Shown here: positions 1 to 14,500 of the stretch, in pieces
Layout of the letters: each line of letters begins with the position of its first letter
Numbering within the stretch: position 1 is the stretch's first letter
From: Eledone cirrhosa
Taxonomy: Eukaryota
DNA: 64,000 bases
Assembly: GCA_964016885.1 (NCBI GenBank)
Contig: OZ024740.1
Span: 392,770,001-392,834,000 of the forward strand
Direction: 5' to 3'
Made by a program: the position numbers and the translations under genes
The notes under the pieces: generated by a model
Seen by the model: the letters and a program-made list of their open reading frames with translations, nothing else
The model's database searches: none
What the model was told of the DNA's origin: nothing

Positions 1-311
1 TCATTATTTAACGATCGTTTCTAGGATATATATGTGTTAGAATTGGCATGCATATTCAACAGATCTATGTACAAAATTATACAAAATTATACAAACTATC
101 AAAATTAAATATACATACCAACACATATATATGCCGTCTTCAGACGGCATATATATGTGTTGGTATGTATGAAGACGGCATATATATGTGTTGGTATGTA
201 TATTTAATTTTGATAGTTTGTATAATTTTGTATAATTTTGTACATAGATCTGTTGAATATGCATGCCAATTCTAACACATATATATCCTAGAAACGATCG
301 TTAAATAATGA
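1..311. repeat. Near-perfect fold-back (arms about 140 bp, may extend beyond the window start)
   Basis: 1-141 is the reverse complement of 171-311; the spacer 142-170 duplicates the start of the right arm. Confidence 0.9.
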
Positions 312-414
312 ACTTTTTTTGTTTAATATAAGGAACTGTTTCATTGTTTTATTCATTATTTTTTTAATATTTTATATATATATATACATAATATACATTC
401 TACTTTACTTGCAG

Positions 415-481
415 CTGCTGGAATACTCATCCGACGTCATCCTACTGGATATTACGTTCAGCCATTGTGGCTTCTATAATT
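415..481 (+). CDS. Class B1 GPCR internal exon (ECL2-TM5): CWNTHPTSSYWILRSAIVASII
   Basis: ttgcAG acceptor and GTAAGT donor; 1+66 nt; the CW...YWI.R pattern is typical of secretin-family ECL2/TM5; phase-0 join to the next exon. Confidence 0.88.
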
Positions 482-508
482 GTAAGTCTATATGAATATT
501 ATTTATCA

Positions 509-574
<66 letters not shown>

Positions 575-1074
575 ATGTGTATGTGTGTGTGCGTGTTATG
601 AGGAATATTCTCTGTGTGTGTGTGTTATGACGAATATTCTGTGTGTGTGTGTGTGACTATGTCAACAGGCAGAATTAAATATACTACAGAAATTATCGAG
701 CTTCTGGTGATTTCGGGGCGTAACGCAGTATTAAGGACACTGGTGGAAACATTATAACTGAAGTTGGAATACAAGACAGAACTGAGCAAAATTCCAAAGG
801 CCCATATTTTCCTTGAAAGTACATGAATTAGATCTTTACCAAAATCTTACTATCCATGTCTGACATTGGACGAACTAATAAGATGTTAGAAAAATCCCTT
901 CAGTAAAAACAAATAAGTAAACGTAGCTTCGGGTTAAAAGCAAAATAAGTAATAAAGTAAAAAACTCTATACATTAAGACAATACTTAGGATTGAGGATA
1001 ATGTAGACGCACCTCTATGAAGAACGGAGAACCCCAGACACGTTCCTGAAAGCAGATGTGGAGGAGGACTTCTT

Positions 1075-1600
1075 ATTACGAAGTCAGCGGATTTTCTGCC
1101 AGAAAGTTTTATTTGCTGATCTAAAGTCGGGTTCCAGTTTAAACCATAAGTTCAAGTATCTCGAGTGATGGAAACTAGGGGGCTGAATTAAGTGAAAGAA
1201 TTCCAGGAGCTAGTGCAGTAATACGCCAGCTTCAGCATTCGGTAATCAGAAGGGAGGTAGGTGTAAAAGCCAAACACACTATCTTCAATTCGTTATTCGT
1301 GCCAACACTTACCTATGGCTATGAATCTTGGGTAATGACCAAAAAGAACACGATCGCGAATACAAAAGACTGAAATGGGATTTCCCCGAAGGGTCTTTGA
1401 GGTAATGTTATTCGATAACGTATGTAGCCCAGATATTAGGGAGTTGCTCCAGGTAGAGCAGCTACTTCTCCGAATTGAGAGGTCACAGCTCCGATACTAT
1501 GGGCTTGTGGTTAGAATGTCTCAGAAAAGAATCAAATTTTGCGCGCAAAACCAACTTGTAGGGGACCCAGGGGTAGACATTGAACAATATGGCTGAAGAA
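1075..1600 (+). mobile_element. RTE-clade LINE fragment
   Basis: PTLTYGYESWVMT, EMGFPRRV, QLRYYGLVVRM (decayed LRW.GHV.RM). Confidence 0.7.
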
Positions 1601-1707
1601 GAAGAAGTGTAATATATATATATATCTGCGAAATTGGAAATGTCTCCCTGGATAAAAGAGATCGTTTGATCACTTGATTCAATGTAAGCATGAGCACCAG
1701 TGACTCG

Positions 1708-1870
<163 letters not shown>

Positions 1871-2276
1871 AGATACGAGAATGTTTACGTATGTTTTGAG
1901 GTGGTCAGTACCGAACGACCAATTTGTTATAGAGACCAACAGCAACTCCCGTTTCCTTGACCGCATTAAGAAAGACCTTATATTTTATGGAGCAAGGTTT
2001 CAAGATAGTTGTGAATTTTTTATGCGACACTAAATAGGCTATACTGTGTTGATACACAGAAAATAAAACGAACAACTGCATTGCAAGCATAAATTACCTA
2101 GCTAACCTAGGTTTGTGATGAAGTATGACTGGCAACCAATAATTTATCTCTTTCTCTCTCTCTCTATATATATATATACAAGCACAACAATGATAACACG
2201 AATTCTAAGGCCATTTACTTCACCTTGTTCCAGGCATCGCCGTATTCTATTTTACATTCACACACACATATATACA

Positions 2277-2321
<45 letters not shown>

Positions 2322-2866
2322 GACATGATATCAGGAAAAACTAGGCAATATTTGTTGAAGTTCGAAGTAAAATTTGTTATACAATAGAGTCTCTAACATG
2401 TGCTTCAATACAGTTATGTATTCTCACACAATCCACTATTGCGCACAATGTAGTTAAATTTTGCATATTTCATAGACGCATCTCACGTCATCAACATACC
2501 TATGTTACACAATACCATCAACTATGTTGAGCACAACTAACTGGTAAGTTGTCTCTTCCCTTTCGTTACGCACAGCCACTTTACAAAAGCATAAAATAGC
2601 CTACAAAAAGGGTTACTTCTATTTTCTCTCTCTCATATATATATATAAATAGTTTTATATATATATATATATTTATAATATTGAGTATGAATTGAAGTTG
2701 TAGCCGTCATATAGCAGGTACTAATTGAGTTGATTATATATATATATATATTAATAAGAGGAATTCCAACTTTGTCTGATTTACTCGTTTTATTTACAAT
2801 CCTTTAAAATTTATAATGGTATTATAATGAAATAGTATGATAGAATATTAAATGTTAAGTGTTAAT

Positions 2867-2905
2867 TGAACAAGTACTTTCATGCTTTCGCAATCTTCAG
2901 GTTCA
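2867..2905 (-). ncRNA. Minimal type I hammerhead ribozyme motif
   Basis: Minus: UGAAC CUGAAGA U UGC gaaa GCA U GAAA GUAC U U GUUCA; 5-bp stem I; palindromic stem III. Confidence 0.75.
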
Positions 2906-3320
2906 TAATGTGTGGTGACAGTCAAGTTTGCAATTTTCAACTGTTGAAAATTGCAAACTTGACTGTCACCACACTGCAGGCAATGACATCTAGTACCAGA
3001 TAAAATACGTAGTCACGCGACATGCTAATACTATCCAAATCTCCACCATCATATTTCACCGGAAAGGATTCACTCAACAATATAGTCTTAGATATATACA
3101 AAGGTCTGCTTGATGAGGGCGGAGCGAACATGAAGCTAAGCAATAACAACATTATCTGGTAATTTCCCTTCGGCCTAACCTCTTTTCTTTTTGTCAGACA
3201 TTGCGAGCGAGATGTGTCAATAATCTCAGCCAAGACGAATATTGTAACTAATATACAAACTATAAAGCAGACAATTAATCGAAACAATTATCGTACAGGA
3301 AATTTAACCATGTATGCATG

Positions 3321-4678
<1,358 letters not shown>

Positions 4679-5100
4679 CACGTTGGAGTTAAGTAATATC
4701 TGGTACAAAATACATTTGCCACCTGGTTAGATATTCTTGATAACACTCCATGTTTCGCGTCTACCAAATTCCCCTGACACAACAAAGTAATGAAATTTGT
4801 CTAACGCAAGCAATTATCGAGAAGTTTCGAATGTCGAAATTATCGTTAAAGAAATATACCTAAACGTAAATCCATTGAGCTAGCTTAAGAAACATGAATA
4901 AATACTGAAGTATTTCCTTATTTTTTTTCTTCTATTTTCTATTTTATAGGATACAAAGCGCTGTTTCAATGGTTAAACATTACATTACGGTACTTTGTTA
5001 ACTCGGTGAAATTATTCTCACAATATATCTCTCGCGCCCCGCTATCCCTTTTCTTCTTTCTCTTTCATGCACAGATACACACAGACGCACAAAAGTACAC

Positions 5101-5188
<88 letters not shown>

Positions 5189-5275
5189 GTAAAACGTAAA
5201 CAGAAATAACAACACAATCGGTACAGTATATGGTGGGAATATATTAGGTTAACGCTTGAAATAGCAGGAAGAGGG

Positions 5276-5311
5276 TCTTAACGTTTCGGACGCTAGTCCT
5301 TCATCAGAAGA
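5276..5311 (-). ncRNA. Minimal type I hammerhead ribozyme motif
   Basis: Minus: UCUU CUGAUGA A GGAC uagc GUCC GAAA CG U U AAGA. Confidence 0.75.
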
Positions 5312-5739
5312 AAGAATCAGAAATAAGATAGATTGAGCGCGTTGGAATTGGAAAAAAAATGTCTTTAGAGAAAAATAACAGGTCTATTCATTTTGACATC
5401 ATTCATCAATTGTGGTTTGGAGATGACAAAGATGTTGGTATCTTTTGACAGCTGAAAGGGGTATGATTCTCTGAAGTGGCGCCGAGCAGTTGTGATGTGA
5501 TCAAAGTATGTTTGATTACTTTTGATCCAAATCATAGTACTATTTCCTGCCATCAATGCAGTCATCCCTCCAAGCAAAGTGCATCTGAAACTAATCCAAA
5601 CATGCATTGTTCTTTGAAATATGACATAGGCAGGTGTGAGTGTGTGTGTATGGCTCGGCGTGTGTGTGTGTATGGCGGCTCGGTGTGTGTGTATGTGTGT
5701 GTGTGTGTGTGCATACTTTAATTTAATAAATTATCGCCA

Positions 5740-6450
5740 TCATCTGATCAAGCTTGTCCCGATTTATTCGACTCGATCAAGTCATCCACCTTGATCTTGC
5801 TTAGCGTATAAAAAAATTAACAAAGCAACATCCTGTGTCCATACAGAGCAGGTCGATGAAGGTTTTTGCTGGACAGTTGACCCGCGTATATCCATGTCAT
5901 GGTGTCCATAGAAGTATACCACTAATGAGTTCTAGTTTAGCCCTCCAGCAATGGCCTACAGATGTGTCTCCATCTAATGATATCTATGTTTGCAGAAAGA
6001 TTACCGTACAGCAATCTTTTGATTGGATGTACCGTCCATGAGATATTCCTAATGACTCTTATCATGCGGGTGTAAATGCCATGAAAGCTTTTCTCCAGGT
6101 GTTTCGTGTCTAGGCAGAGAGCACATACATTATAATAGCATTGATTCCACAGTGACACGCAGAAGCAGCTTCTTGTATGGTCACATGATGGTGATGATCT
6201 CCATAGGATACCGAGGCCACCGAGTACACTCAATCGATTGTGAGACGAGAAGTCCAAAGATTTTGGAGGGTGTTTATTTGACTGTGCTAACTCAGCACTC
6301 CTGATTGTATCAGATGTTTCAGTCGTTGATATGTTGACAAAGATTGGTGTAATCTGCGGGGTTTTTTGTTCTTTTTTGTCAAGGGTGGTATTTCTGATAT
6401 CATGACAGAGAAGAGGACGATATCATCAGCATAATCTACATCTAATATTT
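5740..6450 (-). mobile_element. Decayed RTE-like LINE fragment
   Basis: Minus strand DVDYADDIVL (RT catalytic motif) and GIYTRMIRVIRNISW..H. Confidence 0.65.
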
Positions 6451-7010
6451 TTTGCCGAGTGACAAAATGGAGTAAGTAAAACAAAATCAAATTTTAGGCA
6501 GAAAGGAGCAAGAATAGTCATTGAAGAGGTCACATAATATGTGTTGAAAGAATTTTGACAATTAAATATGACAATTTAGTAATCATACGGTTACTAAACT
6601 TAGCAAGTATTGGATTAAAGTAATAATAATTTCAGTCCACACTAAACTGAGTTAGTGCTAAATTGGTAATATTAGTATTAATCACAACTGGAGTATCAAA
6701 TGTATGCTAGCTATCAAGAATAGCGACTGTTAAAAATTCATCAAATACCCACAATCCTGTTGGATTGTTCTGCATTTGTGAGTAGTTGGGAAACACTTTA
6801 AACAATTACCAATGTCTGATATAATTTAAAAAACGTAACATGCTTTATTTGTTGGAAGGGAAGTTGATTACATTGCGCCCAGTACGTGACCACTGCTTTA
6901 TTTTATCGACCCTAGAATAAAGAAAGGCAAAGCTGAACAAATACTGCAATAGCATTTTATCTAACTTTCAAAGGGCTCTTCCAAATCGCCATTTAGTTAC
7001 CTGACTAATA

Positions 7011-7220
7011 ATTGTTTCAGACTTAGGCACAAGGCCAGCAATTGGAAGGGGAGAGGAAAGTCAATTTAATCGACCCCCAGTGCATTACTTTATTTTATCG
7101 ACCCCATAAGGACGAAAGGCAATGCTAACCTCGGCGGGATTTGAACTCAGAACGTAAAGGGCCGTAACTCTATGCTGCAAAGTATGGTGTCCGACACTCT
7201 ACCGATACTGCCAATCCACA
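7011..7220 (-). mobile_element. tRNA-derived SINE (same family)
   Basis: Reverse complement of the 9516-9725 copy, including boxes A and B. Confidence 0.85.
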
Positions 7221-7836
7221 GCCTTAGTTACCCGACTAATAATAAAACTGTAATGAAACTCAACTAGTGCGTGTGTTTTTTGCTAAAGTATAACAAATGT
7301 ACTTGTGTGTGAGTAAGTGTGCGTGTGTGTGAGTGTGTGTATGTGTGAATGTGTGTGTGTGTGTACGACGGCGAATTAGCAGGATGTTTAGAACAACGGA
7401 TTAAATGTGTTGTTCAAGTTCTGCGCACTCGGAACGGAAATCCAACAGAGGTCCACTTTGCCTTTTATAATTTTGGAGTTAGTAAATAAAGTAGCTGTCC
7501 AGTAGGGTGGTGAATTAGAGGAATTGTTAGATTGTTAGAGATGGACGAGCTGCTTTGCGGAATCTACTCCGACTCTTGGATTTCTGAATTCAAATTCTGC
7601 CCCCTGTCCAGTCCTTGAAATATACAATGGTATTAGGTGCGCCTAAACCTGCATAATTGCTGAGGTTTCATGCTACAGTAGATTCGAACGACTGAGTGGA
7701 AAATCTATATATGTATATATATTTATGTATGATGTATGCATATATTATTGTATACATAAATGTTTATGTACGTAGAAAAAGGAAACACACATAGAGACAC
7801 ATACACAGTCCTTTCCCCAAATATATATATATGTAT

Positions 7837-7880
<44 letters not shown>

Positions 7881-7900
7881 GTGTATATATATATATATAT

Positions 7901-7947
<47 letters not shown>

Positions 7948-8762
7948 ACGGTCCAAGATAAACAATGCAAAACAAAGAAAACAGACATGGAGTGCTATTG
8001 TTTTCCATATTTAAGTTATATTATAAAATAACCTTTGGATGAAATCCCAATCTTCGTTTTATTATGATGTCGTATTTCCAAGAGGAAGGAATGTTAATTT
8101 ATTACAAATTTTGTTGCTCAAGACAAGTTGCGGTAGTATCATTCAATCCACCAAACCTCTAGAGTGTTTGACATTCTAATAACCCAGAGCAATTTCTCAT
8201 TTAAATCTGATTGCTTACTTCAATAGCTCTTTAGATTACGAGTCAGATCTTGGCAAATGTCGAATCATGAATTTTTTTTTGTATTACTTTTCATAACGAC
8301 TGCTTGTATAATATAATTATTTTCAACAAATATCCTGAAATATTAGCTGCGGTGAAAGCAAGCATAAAGACATTAGTTGTCAGAGCTGCGAAGTTAAATA
8401 ATAATTAGGGTTGGATATGAAGGAAATAGAATAGTTAGAATGTAGCAAAGCACCTTTGGGTGAGGTTATAGATTTCCAACAAAAGTTCGCTAGTATATCT
8501 TAAGGTAATTTATCTCTATCGGCCTTTTAGACATCGGCAATTTATTACAGTTAGAAAAGGTAAACTGGGCATTCCTTATCTCAGTTATAGTTACTATTAT
8601 TTTTCAGTGTTTTCAGACTGCGACTATGCTGGGGAGCTACCTACAGGGGTTTCAATTGATCCCATAGATTCCAGTATTCAATTACAATAATGTGATCTAG
8701 ATGGTTTTGACGCAACTCGACACACAGTTTTACACATGTACCAATAAAGATAGGCAGGCAGA

Positions 8763-8808
<46 letters not shown>

Positions 8809-9407
8809 GAGAGAGAGGCAACGTGAAATAAAGTGTCTTGCTCAAGGACATAACGCATCACCCGGTCCAGAAATCGAACTCACAACTTCATAGTTGCAAA
8901 TCTAATTCTCTAACCACTCAGCCACGCGCCTTCATCCTAACTTGGAAAATGGGTTTAAATACCCATATAGGAAAACGTGGCCAGTAGTTGCAACAAAGAA
9001 TCGAAATCTGTATCTCTTAAATACCGCTCCAATGTTTATTTACAAATGTCGTTACATTTAATTGTTTCTACTTTTGGCACAAGGCTAGCAATTACCCCAG
9101 GTCATTACTGGTGCTTTATTTTATAGACCCTCTAAGGATGAAAGACAAAGTTTACCTCGGCGGTATTTGAACTCAGATCATAAAGGACTATATTTTACCT
9201 GACTTACTAAGTTAATATTTTGATAATTTATTTCAGGATATATTTCTTTCAGGATCTAATTAAGTAAATGTAAGCATATGTAGAAAAGTATGCAGGATTA
9301 AATATATGAGTAGCTTAAGAGAAATAGCTATTTACAGCGACAGAGTGACCTCGTGGTTGGAAAGCGAACGTCTTATTGTAGCAATATGACTGGTGCATGT
9401 GTGAATG

Positions 9408-10030
9408 CATCCCGCCGAGGTTAACTTTGCCTTTCATTCTTACCGGGTCGATAAAATAAAGTACCAGTAATGCCTTGTGTCAAAAGTAGAAACAATTATT
9501 ATCGTTGATTATGTCGGTGGATTGGCAGTATCGGTAGAGGGTCGGATGCCATGCTTTGCAGCATAGAGTTACGACTCTTTATGGTCTGAGTTCAAATCCC
9601 GCCGAGGTTAACTTTGCCTTTCATCCTTACGGGGTCGATAAAAAGAAGTACCAGTCACGCACTGGGTCGATTTAATCGACTTTCCCCTCTCCCCAAATTT
9701 CTGGTCTTGTGCCTATATAAGAAACCACGTTCCTTTACGATCTGAGTTCAAATACCGCCGAGGTTGACTTTGCCTTTCATCCTTACGGGGTCGATAAAAT
9801 ATAGTACCAGTAATGCACTGGTAAATTGCTGGCCTTGTGCCTAAAGTAGAAACAATTATTATCGTTGATTATATCGTTACGTGCCTTTACGATCTGAGTT
9901 CAAACTCCGCTGGGGTCAATAAAATAAGGTCAATAAAATAAGGTACCAGTAATGCACTGGTGACGGTTTGATTGACTTCCCATTCTGTTCGAATAACTGG
10001 ACTTGTGCCAAATGTAGAAACTGTTATTAT
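9408..10030 (+). mobile_element. Tandem cluster of tRNA-derived SINE copies (one full-length at 9516-9725, three truncated)
   Basis: Box A tggcagtatcgg, box B gagttcaaatccc, body aactttgcctttcatccttacggggtcgataaaataaagtaccagt, tail agtagaaacaattattat. Confidence 0.88.
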
Positions 10031-10778
10031 AGTTTATGATCATTTTAACTATTACATCGTCAAACTGAAATAAATACAGGTCAAATTGGAAACCGGGCGA
10101 GCTGCCGGAAACAGCCAGCAATAGCTATAAGCAACGATGGTATTTACACCTGAATTCTCCAGTCTGTGGATAATATGCAGAAACCTGCTGTGGAAAGAGC
10201 TTATAATAATTATGAATATTGTTTTTCACCATAATTATACGGTCGGTTTCTACCCCCCCTCTCTATAGAGAGAGAAAGTATGTGTGTATAAATATACATA
10301 TAAAGTGTCTCTGCATGAAAGCTTGTGTATTTAACGTGATATGTGAGACAATTCTAATACTATTCAGTGAAATAATTAATATTAAATTCTCCAGTTCACA
10401 CTAATGAGAGGCGAATATTTTAAACAAATCCAATTACCATTAACGATACTCAGTGTGTTGTTGTTAAGCAGCTAAAATTAACAATGACATTTAAATATTT
10501 TGACTGACAAAGAAACGTACTACATGTAGTATAATAGAAACATAACTCCTCTATACTTATCAAAAATCATTTTCTTTCTTTACAAAATTCATTTATTCAT
10601 AATTTCTGGAGTGTAATAGAAAGCAAGTATATATCTCTTCGATGTAAGGACTGCTACTTCATTCACATTTCATTATTGCAACTTATTTCGTTTTTATTAG
10701 AATCTTCTTGAAATATTTATTGTAGTTTACTTTTTCAGTTCATTTTGTCTAATATTGCCGTTTCTATGTTAATTTTAG

Positions 10779-10864
10779 GTAAACTTCATATTTTATATAA
10801 ATATTATCCGAATGATTTTCCAGAAGATTTACGTAAATGATCGACCACAAATATCTCAGTATAC
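10779..10864 (+). CDS. Class B1 GPCR exon (TM5-ICL3): VNFIFYINIIRMIFQKIYVNDRPQISQY
   Basis: ttttAG acceptor and GTAAGT donor; NF..F..I.R.L..K-like motif; ends in phase 2, compatible with the next exon. Confidence 0.9.
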
Positions 10865-11735
10865 GTAAGTTTTAAAACAGATTTATTTCGATGATATTTA
10901 AATCCATAATATATCTAGAATTTATAGGAAGAAACCATGCATCAAAAAGGTTCTTGTTATCAGTTAATTTATTTTATATGTGATTAACCATAAACGCTGG
11001 ATTTTCTAAAAAACTGTAAATTTTGCGCCCATCCCTATTCAAGCTATATCCATCAGATAAATTAAAACACTGTTGGGAGTTAATAAAACACTCGCCAATT
11101 TTACAGTGCTATTGGTAGTTACACAGCTACCAGATATCCTTTATTTCGGTTGTTTAGCGCACCCCAATGATTGAAAGGGAATAAAATCATAAAAACACGA
11201 TTTCTGATAAATTATTAAAATGTCCTCTGAAAATATGAAACGTAAAGTTTACCTCGACAAAATTTGAGTACAAAAGATAATGAGCCTGAGAAAATGCAGC
11301 AAAGTATTTCTCCCGACGCTCTATATATTCACACACCTACAAGTAAACGCCCGCAATCGCAAATATTTGTGTTGATCCGTTGAGTTTGGAGCACTAAATG
11401 TTCAACTAAATTATACGACAATAAAGTAGTTTTAAAAAAGAAGGCACTCCCAAAGAAGTGAAAGTGTTTGATTGCAATAAAACACCTACTGTTATTTGTT
11501 TCATCAATATTTTACAGATATATTTTCAGAAAATTAATCTATTTATAATTTTCTGCAAGTGATATGAAAACACATGTAAAATGAACTAATTTTATGTTTT
11601 AGTTTCACGAAGAACATTTAATTCACAAGATATAGAAAAAACAGTTCTTTCTGTTTTATAAAAAGATCCATTTTCGATGACGTCAGAGATATGCTTCGTA
11701 ATACATTGCAGAGATTTTTATAAATTATAGTTTCA

Positions 11736-13550
11736 ACAGGTTCATCCATGGCACCCTGGACCCTTACACCTGAGGTCTCTTCTTTTTGGTCAGTCTGACT
11801 GCTCTCAGGAAGAAAGAGAGTGACATATGCCCCATCGCTGTGGGCAATGTCTTCCGGAGGATGGCTGCCAAGGTCACACCTGAAATGGGTGAGGAGCTCA
11901 ACCCGGTGCAACTAAGGGTCAGCATGTCCAATGGGTGTGAGGGAGCCGCAAATGCAGCTAGGCAGTTCTTCAACAGCGGCCCACCGGAACTGGCGTCGAT
12001 GGACGCCAGGCACCTCATTCTCAAGCTTGACATGAAGAATGCCACTGATATTCAACAAGGTAATCCTTTGGTCTGCTCTTCTTTGCTTCCGGGATAGATC
12101 CCATTGCTCGGAGCATTACGGGTTTTGCAGCCTCCGTCTCAGACGTGCGATACATTGCAGGTGAGCCCCAATCACCCATGAAAGAGGATGTCCTCATCCT
12201 CGGATCGCTGATCCTCCCGCCGGCTACCCGCCGGCTACCCACTCCACCATCAAGTCCAGGCTCCAGCAGCTCACGACCCTCACTAGCAGACGGATCATGA
12301 TTGATACCCCATCCAGCACTCTTCCTTGTGCGGAACCGCGTCTCTGTTCCGAAGCTCCTCAACACATTTCGTAGCGCTCCCTGCTACAGCCACGCATCTC
12401 TCCTCACTGACCTCAATACTTGCATCCGAGTGGCAGCTGAGGAGATATGCAGTGTCAGGTTTGGCGACCGTGGATGGCAACAGCCAACCTTACTCGTTAG
12501 AAACAGTGACTTTGATCACCGGTCTGCGGTTTCGCTGGCTTTGCCAGCGTTTCTTTCGTTGGTAACCTCTTGTGTTGTCTTCATCAACAGGGTTCTCCAA
12601 AACACAAGGAACCCACTGTGGTCGAGTAACGTGAGGCCGCTTGGGAGTTTTGGAACCGGCTCGGACTCCGCCCAGTAAACGTCCCTCCTCCTTTTCCCCC
12701 TATAGACGTCCCCCCCCCCGAGCATATTGGATCCCATCTAATGCGATACGACCTCGAACAAGCTAGCGCGCCAGCTTGACCATCACCACCCCGCATCCCC
12801 GCAGCAGTGCCCGGCTCAATGCCGTATACTCCTTTTCGACTGACACGCAATTGGATAACAATAGCTTGCGAATTTGGGTTTCCCTGAGGCTCGGCCTCCG
12901 GGTCTGCGAATGTACTGTAGATACTTTCGACCTCAACCCGATGTCCTGCTGCTTCAGTGCCGGTTGCCTTCCACGCCATGCTGCTCTCAACGAGGTCATA
13001 AAGCATGGCTTGGATGCTGCAGGTTTCCCCTCCTAGCTCGAGCCAGCAGGGATACACTGAGGGGACGGCAAAAGGCCAGACGGCATGACCATCTTCCCGT
13101 CCCGCAGAGGTAAACCCATCATCTGGGATGCCACATGCAGCGATACTTTCTCCAACGGCAACCCGGTGTAGTCTGTGAGTAAACCCAGGCTCTGCTGAAC
13201 TTTGGGTCAAGATAGGCAAACACTCTAAATATCGGTCGCTCTCCGACAGATTTGCAGCCAAGCCCATAGTAGTGGAGACTTCTTGTGTACTTGGCCCTAG
13301 GACCACCTTCCTACTCACAACCATCGGTACAGAGTTGGCTACCCACAGGTATGAGCCTCGCGAACTGGAATGGCTCTTCCATCGCCTCTCCCTCACCAAT
13401 CTCCGGGAAACGCCTTCTCTATTTTGTCCGCCTGTGCCGCGGAGTGGCCAATGTGTGGACCCCTATTTGCTCACAATAACGAGGGATGAGGAGAGTGGGA
13501 GAGAAGGAGGCAGTGACAGTGGGAGTTTGGTCCCATTGTATTCGGACCTG
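11736..13550 (+). mobile_element. CRE-like non-LTR retrotransposon remnant with restriction-like endonuclease; RT core largely deleted
   Basis: GC-rich island; PIAVGNVFRR and LKLDMKNA (RT start), then RHAALNEVI...LEP.G...DGKRPDGMTIFP..RGKPIIWDATCSDT...K..KY....VVET (RLE); stops and frameshifts. Confidence 0.82.
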
Positions 13551-13758
13551 GTATATATGTATATATATTTATTTACCACACCATATTACATATTCTGTAT
13601 TGTTTCTTCTTTTCAACATGTATGCAAAGATTATACTCTACTATTTTATGTTTTTGTGACACACACATACGGACGCACTTATACATATACACACACAGAC
13701 ACACATATATGTGTGTCTGTGTGTGTATATGTGTGAGTGCGTCCGTATGTGTGTGTGA

Positions 13759-13794
<36 letters not shown>

Positions 13795-14500
13795 CGTTTA
13801 ACGTCCATTTTCCACGCTAGCATGGGTTAGACGGGAGTTGTGCCACTTGCGGCAAGGTTGGTCGGGTGACCGTGTCTCGCTCATATAGGACTATCTGGCA
13901 AGTTTTCTATGGCTGGATGCCCTTCCTAACACCAACCACATTTACAGTGAGTGCTGGGTACTTTTTACCGTGTTACCTACACGGCCACATTACAGCGTGG
14001 ACTGTGTGTGTTTTTCTGACGTGACACCTACACGATCTCGATCTCATTTTCTCGTGCTGTTGGTGGGAGTGGGAGGATATGGTAGGGGTAGTGGATTGGG
14101 GTGTATATTTGGTTAAGAGGTGCCTACTGACTGTAGGTTTCGCTTTGTACATAGGCAAGGCGGGTCTTCTGTATTATTGCGTAGCGCCAAAGATCTCGGT
14201 CCAGAGACATTGTCTTGGAGAGGTGTAAGTGTGTGAGGTCATAATTTATCAGATTATCCCAGGTTTTTCTGGGTCTACCTACTCCGTAACTACCATCAAT
14301 TTTGATCGCCCTGCACTTTTTTATGCAGCTGTCGTCTTTCATGCGCATCACGTGACCATACCAACGTAGTCTTCTCTCGAGTAAACAACATCTGATTCCT
14401 CTTATTCCTAATTTCTCCCTTAGTTCATTTATGCTTTGCCGTTCACGTATATTACTATTACACATCCAACGGAGCATGCATGCTTCGTTCCTTTCCAGTC
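13759..14500 (-). mobile_element. RTE-clade LINE 3' end with (GAT)n tail
   Basis: MLRWMC...RRLRWYGHVMRM...GRPRKTW...DRDLWR; (CAT)n at 13759-13792. Confidence 0.85.

Noticed and set aside
9516-9605. tRNA gene
   Set aside because: Boxes A and B belong to a multi-copy SINE head; no cloverleaf
9408-10030. CRISPR-like repeat-spacer array
   Set aside because: Eukaryotic context; the units are truncated SINE copies without unique spacers
12584-13399. 271-aa minus-strand ORF
   Set aside because: Antisense shadow of the GC-rich CRE-like element
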